DNA of 64,000 nucleotides from an uncultured bacterium (GTDB taxonomy: Bacteria; Nitrospirota; JACRHL01), in the NCBI GenBank assembly GCA_965371175.1, contig CBDUXI010000002.1, positions 2,694 through 66,693 of the forward strand, in the 5' to 3' direction. Under the pieces are notes generated by a model. It made no database searches. It was given only the letters and a program-made list of their open reading frames with translations, and was not told where the DNA came from. Below, piece after piece: positions 57,302 to 64,000 of the stretch (positions within the stretch are counted from its first letter, which is position 1; each line of letters opens with the position of its first letter). The translations under genes were made by a program, and so were the position numbers.

Positions 57302-58525
57302 ATGGATATCAAAACACCGATTTATATGGACTATCAGTCCACCACTCCGATGGACCCGCGGGTGCTGGAGACGATGATGCCATACTTCACCGAGCAGTTC
57401 GGCCATCCGGGCGCCCGCAGCCACCAGTTTGGCTGGGACGCAGAAGAGGCGGTGGGCACCGCCCGCAAACAGGTGGCCAGCCTGATTGGCGGCACGGCCC
57501 GGGAGATCGTCTTTACCAGCGGCGCCACCGAGTCGATCAACCTGGGGATCAAGGGCGTGGTGGACATGTATGCCGAAAAGGGCAAGCACGTGGTGGTGTC
57601 GGCCATCGACAGCCGCCCGGTGCTGGATGTGCTCAAGCGGCTGGTGCGGGATCGTGGCATCGAGGTCACCGAGGTGCCGGTGGACAAGGACGGGCGTATC
57701 TCCCCCCAGGACGTTAAATCCGCCATCCGCCCCGATACCATTTTAGTGGCCATCATGATGGCCAACAACGAGATCGGTACCATTCAGGACATGGAAGCCA
57801 TCGGCCGGATTACCCGGGAAGCCGGGACGATTTTCTTTACCGACGCCTCCGAGGCCGCAGGCAAGGTGCCGGTGGACGTGAACGCCATGAACATCGACCT
57901 GCTGGCCATGGCCGCCCACAAAATGTACGGCCCCAAGGGCGTGGGCGCCCTGTATGTGCGCCGCAAAAACCCGCGGGTGCGGCTGACCGCCCAGATCGAC
58001 GGCGGCGGCCATGAGCGCGGCATGCGCTCCGGCACCCTGAACGTGCCCGGTATTGTGGGCATGGGCAAGGCATGCGCCCTGTGCGCCGAGTTGATGGAGG
58101 AGGACACCGCCCGCATCGGCACCCTGCGCGATCACTTGCAGGCCGGCATACTGGATGCGTGCGACGAGGTGACGGTCAACGGCAGTGCCGACCACCGCCT
58201 GCCTCACAACCTGAACTTGAGCTTTGCCTATGTGGAGGGCGAGTCGTTTTTGATGGGCCTCAAGGAAGTGGCGCTGGCCTCGGGCTCCGCCTGTACCACG
58301 GCCACCCTGGAGCCGTCCCACGTGATCCGGGCCATGGGGGTGGCGGAAGAGTTGGCCCACTCGTCGATCCGCTTTTCCCTGGGGCGCTTTACCACCCCGG
58401 AAGAGGTGGAATATGTGATCGAGCATGTGGGCAAGACCGTCACGCGGCTGCGCGACATGTCGCCCCTGTACGAAATGGCCAAGGAAGGAATCGACCTGTC
58501 CACGGTGCAGTGGAAGGGCGATTGA
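57302..58525 (+). CDS. iscS: cysteine desulfurase IscS
   Basis: 'IYMDYQSTTP', the PLP-Lys region 'SAHKMYGPKGVGALY' and the active-site loop 'SGSACTT'. Confidence 0.9.
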   Translation: MDIKTPIYMDYQSTTPMDPRVLETMMPYFTEQFGHPGARSHQFGWDAEEAVGTARKQVASLIGGTAREIVFTSGATESINLGIKGVVDMYAEKGKHVVVSAIDSRPVLDVLKRLVRDRGIEVTEVPVDKDGRISPQDVKSAIRPDTILVAIMMANNEIGTIQDMEAIGRITREAGTIFFTDASEAAGKVPVDVNAMNIDLLAMAAHKMYGPKGVGALYVRRKNPRVRLTAQIDGGGHERGMRSGTLNVPGIVGMGKACALCAELMEEDTARIGTLRDHLQAGILDACDEVTVNGSADHRLPHNLNLSFAYVEGESFLMGLKEVALASGSACTTATLEPSHVIRAMGVAEELAHSSIRFSLGRFTTPEEVEYVIEHVGKTVTRLRDMSPLYEMAKEGIDLSTVQWKGD

Positions 58526-58599
58526 CGAACAATAAAATCTGACCGATAGATCAGAATAACCTGCCTGGATGTTTTGCAGGCGGGGCTTCGGAGGTAAAA

Positions 58600-59019
58600 A
58601 TGGCATACAGTGACAAGGTTCTGGACCACTACAACAATCCCCGCAACATGGGATCGTTCGGCAAGGATGAAGAGGGCGTCGGTACCGGCGTCGTGGGCGC
58701 GCCCGAGTGTGGCGATGTGATGAAACTGCAGGTGAAGATCAATGACGACGGCGTGATTGAAGATGCCAAGTTCAAGACCTTCGGCTGCGGCTCGGCCATT
58801 GCCAGTTCGTCTCTGGCCACGGAATGGCTGAAAGGGCGCACGGTGGAGGAGGCCATGGCGATCAAGAACACCGAGATCGTCGAAGAGCTGAACCTGCCGC
58901 CGGTCAAAATCCACTGCTCGGTGCTGGCGGAAGATGCCATCAAGGCTGCCGTGTCCGACTATGTGGAAAAGACCGGCAAGGACCCGGTGGGTGCCGCAAC
59001 AGACACGGAAGTGGCGTAA
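58600..59019 (+). CDS. iscU: Fe-S cluster assembly scaffold IscU
   Basis: 'YSDKVLDHYNNPRNMG', 'GAPECGDVMKL', 'FGCGSAIASSS' and 'LPPVKIHCSVLAEDAI'. Confidence 0.95.
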   Translation: MAYSDKVLDHYNNPRNMGSFGKDEEGVGTGVVGAPECGDVMKLQVKINDDGVIEDAKFKTFGCGSAIASSSLATEWLKGRTVEEAMAIKNTEIVEELNLPPVKIHCSVLAEDAIKAAVSDYVEKTGKDPVGAATDTEVA

Positions 59020-59035
59020 GGACCGGATTTAACCC

Positions 59036-59383
59036 ATGGCAAAGATCACTTTTCTGCCGTCCGGAACCACCGTGACGGCGGACCCGGACGACTACCCGTA
59101 CGGCGACCACGGCAGGCCCGGCAGCCTGCTGGACATTGCCCTGGAAAACGGCGTGGACGTGGCGCACAATTGCGGTGGCGCCTGCGCCTGCGTGACCTGT
59201 CACGTAATTGTTCAGGAGGGCGAGGCGTTTTTGTCCGATATGGAAGAGGACGAGGAAGATCGCCTGGATCAGGCGGACGGACTCAGCCTCCATTCGCGCC
59301 TTGCCTGTCAGGCGGTGGTGACCGGAAAGGGGGACGTGACCGTGCAGATAATGATGAGCCGGGATGAAGCAGGAGGACACTGA
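59036..59383 (+). CDS. fdx: [2Fe-2S] ferredoxin (ISC-type Fdx)
   Basis: 'CGGACACVTCH' and 'LACQ' cysteine pattern. Confidence 0.8.
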   Translation: MAKITFLPSGTTVTADPDDYPYGDHGRPGSLLDIALENGVDVAHNCGGACACVTCHVIVQEGEAFLSDMEEDEEDRLDQADGLSLHSRLACQAVVTGKGDVTVQIMMSRDEAGGH

Positions 59384-59385
59384 CC

Positions 59386-59616
59386 ATGGGTATGCACTGG
59401 GACGATTTTGACGATATTGCCATCGAGCTGATTCAGAAATTTCCGGACAAAGACCCCCTGTCTTTGCGATTTACCGACCTGAAGGAAATGATCACCAGCC
59501 TGCCGGAATTTGCCGACGACCCGACCAAGTCGTCCGAAGGCAAGCTCGAGGCCGTGCAGATGGCCTGGCTGGAAGAGTTTTCCGGCGGCGGAGACGACGA
59601 GGGCGGCGGCCTGTAG
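59386..59616 (+). CDS. iscX: Fe-S assembly protein IscX (YfhJ-like)
   Basis: 'WDDFDDIAIELIQKFPDKDPLSLRFTDLKEMI' matches the small acidic IscX family. Confidence 0.7.
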   Translation: MGMHWDDFDDIAIELIQKFPDKDPLSLRFTDLKEMITSLPEFADDPTKSSEGKLEAVQMAWLEEFSGGGDDEGGGL

Positions 59617-59632
59617 CCACCCTAAGCGCCGC

Positions 59633-61219
59633 CTATTTTTTGCCGGCGGGGCGCTCCAGAATGACGCCCGCATCCCCCCGGACGGTCACGCTCCCGTAGG
59701 GGTGCACCTCCACCTTCCACAACGGCTGACCGGTCACACCGGAAAGCTCCGTTGCCGTCTCCCCTTCAATCCGTACAATCCGGCCGAAGTCGCCCACCGC
59801 CCAGGCGGTATTGGGGGTGGTGGGGTCGTCCGCCACGGAAAACAGGGAAAACCCACCGGTTTTAATCGTTTTCCAGCCTGCTCCGTCCCAGCGGAATATA
59901 CCGCCGCCCCGGCCCACGCCGACACCGCTCGCTGACAGGGCGGAAAGGGTTTCGCCCGTGGGTAACGGGGTTGGGCTTGGCAGCCCGTCCGGGTTGGGTG
60001 GGGGAGGCGCCATGGACGGCAGGAATCGAGCCTTCGCGATCGGCCCGTCATCACCCACCGCCCACGCGGGCTTGCCGCCGGGGTACGACCACATTTGTGG
60101 CGGCGCGATCAGCCCGTCATCACCCACCACCCACACGGACCTACCGCCGGGGTCCGACCATCCGCCCCGCCGGGTCAGCCGGTCCAGTATCGGCAGGGCG
60201 GTCCATGAATTGCCATCGAAGTGGGTCATCACGCCCTCGTCGCCGGTGATCCATATATCGTCCGGCCCCGTGCCCCATATCCACCTGAGCAGGCCGTTTA
60301 TCTGTGTGTCCACCGTTTGCCACCGGCTGCCGTCGTAGTGGAGCAGGTTGTGGTAGACGTCGGCATTTTTGGCGCGGGTGTCGGGCAGAATACCGGCCAC
60401 GTACACATCCTCCTTGCCGGTGCCCCACACGCTGACGAAATGGCCAAGTTTTTGTCCGGGAAAGCCCGTATCCACCTGGGACCACGTTTTCCCATCGTAA
60501 TGGGCGATATTGCCGCGCCCGCCTACCGCCCACACATCTTGCGGGCCGGTGCCCCATACGCCGAAAAACAGGTTTTCCGTGCCGCTCTCCTGGCGTTTGA
60601 AGCAGGATCCGTCCCAGTGAAAAATCACCCCCCGATCGCCCACGGTAAACACATCTTTGGGTCCGGACCCCCATATGCCGTTGAAATCGTTGGAAACGCC
60701 GGTGGGGTGGTCCCACCATTTTTTGCCGTCAAAGCGCAGTACCCGGCCGTTGTAGCCGGTGATCCACACGTCTTTTCTGGAAGACCCCCACACCCCGGCC
60801 AGATAGTCGGCGATGCCGGTATGGACGAGGTCCCACTTGTTGCCGTCAAAGTGCACGATGCGGCCTGCATCCCCCGCCGCCCAGACGTTTTTGGGGCCGC
60901 TGCCCCAGACGCCCAGCAGGTTGTCTCCCTGGGGCAGGGGCTGGAGCCAGCGGAAAGACGGCGCCATTGCCGGGGGCAGTTTTTTCGGTGGTGCCGCGCA
61001 CACTCCGACGGGCACGGTGGTGGGGGGCGCGGCCATTTTTCCCAACTGGTCCCGCCAGTCCTCTTCGGCCAGGGCGGTTCCGGCCAGCGCGATTCCGGAA
61101 AGAACGATAAAAAAGGCGATGACGGTCCACGTACAAAAAGGGTGGGCGCGTCGGTATGGAGTCGGGTGCGTCATGGTGTGGGCCGGGTGCTTTCGGGTCG
61201 ATTCATTCATTGTAAGCAT
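59633..61219 (-). CDS. Ycf48/BNR-like beta-propeller repeat protein with N-terminal signal/TM
   Basis: About 10 repeats of 'VWGSGP.DVWAVGD.G.I.HYDG..W'. Hydrophobic N-terminus. Confidence 0.5.
   Translation of the reverse strand: MLTMNESTRKHPAHTMTHPTPYRRAHPFCTWTVIAFFIVLSGIALAGTALAEEDWRDQLGKMAAPPTTVPVGVCAAPPKKLPPAMAPSFRWLQPLPQGDNLLGVWGSGPKNVWAAGDAGRIVHFDGNKWDLVHTGIADYLAGVWGSSRKDVWITGYNGRVLRFDGKKWWDHPTGVSNDFNGIWGSGPKDVFTVGDRGVIFHWDGSCFKRQESGTENLFFGVWGTGPQDVWAVGGRGNIAHYDGKTWSQVDTGFPGQKLGHFVSVWGTGKEDVYVAGILPDTRAKNADVYHNLLHYDGSRWQTVDTQINGLLRWIWGTGPDDIWITGDEGVMTHFDGNSWTALPILDRLTRRGGWSDPGGRSVWVVGDDGLIAPPQMWSYPGGKPAWAVGDDGPIAKARFLPSMAPPPPNPDGLPSPTPLPTGETLSALSASGVGVGRGGGIFRWDGAGWKTIKTGGFSLFSVADDPTTPNTAWAVGDFGRIVRIEGETATELSGVTGQPLWKVEVHPYGSVTVRGDAGVILERPAGKK
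60041..60178 (-). repeat. two tandem 69-nt near-identical copies inside the propeller CDS
   Basis: 'cggcccgtcatcacccaccgcccacgcgggcttgccgccggggtacgacca' vs 'cagcccgtcatcacccaccacccacacggacctaccgccggggtccgacca', read directly. Encodes duplicated W.VGDDG.IA blades. Confidence 0.7.
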
Positions 61220-61330
61220 GGGGTGGATACGGGGGCTATTCTAACGAATTTACGCGAAGGTTTTATGCGCGCGCCAACGGGTGCATAATAGGCCCGGTTT
61301 GAATTTTGTTTTTTTTCGGAGATTATCAGG

Positions 61331-61687
61331 ATGCGCTTTCAATCCGGACTGTTTGTTTGTTTGTTCACGGGTCTGCTGCTGTGGGCAGCGGCTCCGGCCT
61401 TTGCCGGTCCCAATGCCAAGATGTTGATCGAGCGCAAGGGCTGCCTGACCTGCCATAGCTTAAACGGCAAGGGCGGCAAGATGGGGCCGCCGATGCAAAG
61501 CATCGTATCGTGGAGCGATGCTGCGCGCATGACCAAGTATATTACCGATCCCAAAAGCGTGAACCCCGGATCCATCATGCCCAAGCCCCGCCTGAAAGAG
61601 GCGGAAATTGCCGCCATCGTGGAGTACTTGATGTCGTTCAAGGACACGGCTGTTGCGCCCAAATGGTGGAAACCGGAGAAAAAGTGA
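61331..61687 (+). CDS. monohaem class I cytochrome c (signal peptide)
   Basis: Signal 'LLWAAAPAFA'. 'CLTCH' haem site. Distal Met in 'GSIMPKP'. Confidence 0.8.
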   Translation: MRFQSGLFVCLFTGLLLWAAAPAFAGPNAKMLIERKGCLTCHSLNGKGGKMGPPMQSIVSWSDAARMTKYITDPKSVNPGSIMPKPRLKEAEIAAIVEYLMSFKDTAVAPKWWKPEKK

Positions 61688-62160
61688 CCGGAGAGCCACT
61701 TCCTGAAGCGACGGGGGGGGACCTGTCCGACGCCACCCGGCGCAAGTTCATGCACCGGATGCTCAACATGAGCATGGGGCTGTGGGTCTCCGCCGCCACC
61801 CTGGGCACGGGGTATGTGGCCGGGCGCTACATGTGGCCCCACCCGGAAGGCACCAGCACCGGCGGCGAACGCTCGGTGTCGTTTGCGCTGGCCGATCTGG
61901 ACAATCAACCGATGGTGCGGGTGCTGGTAGAAGGCGCCCCCGTGGGCGTGTTCCGCTATGAAGGGGCGATATACGCCCTGGGGCTGGTGTGTACCCATCT
62001 GGGTTGCCTGGTCAACCGGGAGCCGGATACCGACAACATGGCCTGCCCGTGCCACGCGTCGCGTTTCGATCGCAACGGCGGCGTGATTTCCGGGCCCGCG
62101 CCCGCGCCGTTAAAGCGCTACGACGTGCGCGTGTCGGGCGATACGGTGCTGGTCAGTTGA
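61684..62160 (+). CDS. Rieske 2Fe-2S subunit (Tat signal) of a second bc-type complex
   Basis: GTG start overlapping the previous stop (GTGA). Tat 'TRRKFM'. 'CTHLGC' and 'CPCHAS'. Confidence 0.8.
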   Translation: MTGEPLPEATGGDLSDATRRKFMHRMLNMSMGLWVSAATLGTGYVAGRYMWPHPEGTSTGGERSVSFALADLDNQPMVRVLVEGAPVGVFRYEGAIYALGLVCTHLGCLVNREPDTDNMACPCHASRFDRNGGVISGPAPAPLKRYDVRVSGDTVLVS

Positions 62161-62894
62161 GCTGGTTCAAAAAAAAGAAACCGGGGTCGGATGCGGCCCT
62201 GAGAGGCGAAGGCGCCCGCGCCGTCCTGAACATTGTTTCCCTGTTTACCGGTGCCCTGTACGGTGAACTGGACGAGCGGCTGGATTTTCGCACCGCCCTT
62301 TCCCGCGCGCTCAAAAAGCCGGTGCCGCCCCATGTGAACCTGTGGTTCTGCTTTGGCGGCATCACCTTCCTGATTTTCATGATTCAGGTGGTCACCGGGG
62401 TGGGGCTGTTGCTCTATTACCGGCCCACGGTGGAGCAGGCCTACCTGTCGGTGGTGCACATCACCAACGACGTGCCGTTTGGCTGGCTGGTGCGCGGCTT
62501 TCACCACTGGAGCGCCAACCTGATCATGATCACGGTGATGATCCACGCCATGCGGGTGTTCTTTCACGGCGCCTACAAGGCCCCTCGGGATTTCAACTGG
62601 GTGGTGGGCGTCTGCCTCATGTTCGGGCTGCTGGTATTCGGTTTTTCCGGCTATCTGTTGCCGTGGAACGAACTGTCGTACTGGGCCACGGTGGTGGGGG
62701 CCGAAATCCCCGGCGCCATCCCGTATGTGGGCGAATATATCGTCTATTTTCTGAAAGGGGGCGATATGGTCGGGCAACTGGCGCTGACCCGCTTCTTCGC
62801 CTTCCACGTGGTGCTCATGCCGCTGGTCATGATGGTGCTGTTGGGGATGCACTTTCTGATGGTGCGGCGGCTGGGCATTTCGGGCCCGTTGTAG
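62157..62894 (+). CDS. cytochrome b6-type subunit of a second bc-type complex
   Basis: TTG start overlapping the Rieske stop. 'HHWSANLIMITVMIHAMRVFFHGAYK' and 'RFFAFHVVLMP'. About 60% identity by eye to 14883..15644. Confidence 0.8.
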   Translation: MSWFKKKKPGSDAALRGEGARAVLNIVSLFTGALYGELDERLDFRTALSRALKKPVPPHVNLWFCFGGITFLIFMIQVVTGVGLLLYYRPTVEQAYLSVVHITNDVPFGWLVRGFHHWSANLIMITVMIHAMRVFFHGAYKAPRDFNWVVGVCLMFGLLVFGFSGYLLPWNELSYWATVVGAEIPGAIPYVGEYIVYFLKGGDMVGQLALTRFFAFHVVLMPLVMMVLLGMHFLMVRRLGISGPL

Positions 62895-62903
62895 GTTGAT
62901 GCC

Positions 62904-63680
62904 GTGGGTATCCTGACAGTCGGCGACATCATGAGCCACGATCCGGCCTCGGTGCCGCCGTCCTGCACCTTGCGTGACGCAGCCCGGTTGATGCGCAGAT
63001 TGCGCATCCGCAGCCTGCTGGTCAAGCATGAGGAGGCGTTCGTCGGCATCATCACCGGCACCGATCTGGCTGGCCAGGTGCTGTCCGATGCCCCCATCGA
63101 TACGCTGACCGTGGGCGACATCATGAGCTTTCCGATGCTCACCATCGATGCCCGTGAGCCGCTACGCCGGGCAAACTCCGCAATGCTCGAGCACCATGTA
63201 CGTCACTTGGTGGTGACCGACGGCGACGAGCCGGTGGGGGTCATCTCGGCCCGGGACCTGCTGGACCCGGAGGAAGACGTGCCGGGCGCCATCCCGTTCT
63301 GGCCCCACCACCTGCTCAAGGAAGTGGCCGCCGCCCTGCTGGTCATGGCGCTGCTGGCCGTGCTGGTGGTGGTCAGCCCCGCGCCCATGCTGGATCAGGC
63401 CGACCCGTTCTCCACCCCGGCCCACATCAAGCCGGAGTGGTACTTTCTGGCGGCCTACCAGTTTTTAAAATTCGCCGAGTACTTTCGTCCACTAGGGGCG
63501 TGGGCGCCCAAGGGGCTGGGCGTGGGCATCATGGGTCTGGTGATGCTGGTGCTGGTATTTCTGCCGTTTCTGGACCGCAACCCGGAGCGGGCGCCGAAAA
63601 CCAGATCGTTTGCCATGGCGGTGGGGGTGTTCGGGGTGCTGGCGTTTGTCGGCTTTACCGTATGGGGGCATTTCAGTTGA
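62904..63680 (+). CDS. CBS-domain pair fused to cytochrome bc subunit IV (PetD-like)
   Basis: The N-terminal roughly 135 aa has two CBS-like units ('VGDIMSHDPASV...', 'VGDIMSFPMLTID...HHVRHLVVTDGDEPVGVISARDLL'). The C-terminus has 'PFSTPAHIKPEWYFLAAYQFLKF' plus three TM helices. One continuous ORF. Confidence 0.7.
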   Translation: MGILTVGDIMSHDPASVPPSCTLRDAARLMRRLRIRSLLVKHEEAFVGIITGTDLAGQVLSDAPIDTLTVGDIMSFPMLTIDAREPLRRANSAMLEHHVRHLVVTDGDEPVGVISARDLLDPEEDVPGAIPFWPHHLLKEVAAALLVMALLAVLVVVSPAPMLDQADPFSTPAHIKPEWYFLAAYQFLKFAEYFRPLGAWAPKGLGVGIMGLVMLVLVFLPFLDRNPERAPKTRSFAMAVGVFGVLAFVGFTVWGHFS

Positions 63681-64000
63681 GCGCCCGTCCGCTCCGGCCG
63701 GGTTTCGTGTTGATCCGGCTGGCCGTTTTTATGCTCCTGTTTATGGCCGCACCGGCGCTTGCCGGGGTGGAAGAGGGCGCACGCATATACGGGGAAAAAG
63801 GGTGTAGCAACTGCCACCTGCTTGATGGCGAAGGCAACAGCGTGGGGCCGGAGCTTTCCGCGGAAGGGACAAAGGCCGACCGGGACCGGGACTGGCACGT
63901 GCGCCACCTGCTGGACCCCGCCGCCGTGGTGCCCGGCTCCATCATGCCGATGATGGTGACCGAGGCGGAAGCTGCACATCTGGCCGACTATCTGTTGAGC
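63677..64000 (+). CDS. monohaem cytochrome c (partial, runs off window end)
   Basis: TTG start overlapping the previous stop (TTGA). Signal peptide 'LLFMAAPALAG'. 'CSNCH'. Distal Met in 'GSIMPMM'. Confidence 0.65.
   Translation, partial: MSARPLRPGFVLIRLAVFMLLFMAAPALAGVEEGARIYGEKGCSNCHLLDGEGNSVGPELSAEGTKADRDRDWHVRHLLDPAAVVPGSIMPMMVTEAEAAHLADYLLS

Noticed and set aside
56783-58525. 580-aa ORF in the track
   Set aside because: High-GC read-through. The real iscS starts at ATG 57302, and the upstream part overlaps iscR in another frame.
61510-62160. Longer N-terminal extensions of the second Rieske ORF (61510) and cyt b ORF (61989)
   Set aside because: The extensions overlap upstream genes. 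The in-frame GTG at 61684 and TTG at 62157, which overlap the preceding stops, give canonical N-termini.

Overview
This is a high-GC, gene-dense chromosomal window, roughly 65% GC by eye, from a diderm bacterium. Evidence for a diderm is LpxC, LspA and many lipoprotein signal peptides. The synteny rpsF-ssb-rpsR-DUF2232 and dprA-topA-trmFO-xerC-hslV, together with multihaem cytochromes, suggests a Desulfobacterota/Deltaproteobacteria-like lineage; this is inference only.

Recognisable housekeeping content:
- ribosomal proteins S6 and S18 with SSB between them
- LpxC
- a FabH-like KAS III
- MalQ
- DprA, TopA, TrmFO, XerC and HslV (no HslU follows)
- a three-tRNA cluster (Val-CAC, Arg-CCG, Lys-CTT) on the minus strand
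- IleS-LspA, RluD-Maf and PriA
- a minimal iscR-iscS-iscU-fdx-iscX Fe-S assembly operon
- two ABC transporters

Energy-metabolism content:
- two separate cytochrome bc/b6f-type operons, one at about 14.2-17.5 kb and one at about 61.3-64.0 kb. The first carries a tetrahaem c-type cytochrome. The second has a CBS-domain pair fused to the subunit-IV (PetD-like) protein and is flanked by monohaem cytochromes c.
- a cupredoxin / c7-like trihaem cytochrome / propeller-lipoprotein operon

Accessory or unusual content:
- a visibly low-GC island of about 3.9 kb at 37.2-41.1 kb. It carries an MmeI/PglX-like gamma-class N6-adenine DNA methyltransferase of 1040 aa whose N-terminal nuclease motif appears degenerate. 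This gene is translationally coupled to a 216-aa PD-(D/E)xK nuclease-like protein.
- a truncated Hsp70-like ATPase in an operon with an APH-kinase/P-loop-kinase fusion, upstream of dprA
- a PilZ protein next to two paralogous GT-C-like polytopic membrane proteins and an acyltransferase-3
- two tandem sensor kinases with no response regulator nearby
- in-frame tandem nucleotide repeats inside the fabH-like gene and inside a Ycf48-like propeller gene
- a structured leader or sRNA candidate with an intrinsic terminator upstream of two tiny single-TM ORFs and an ABC importer that lacks a substrate-binding protein gene

No rRNA, CRISPR array, transposase or integrase was seen. Start coordinates for several CDS were adjusted by hand from the ORF track and remain approximate.
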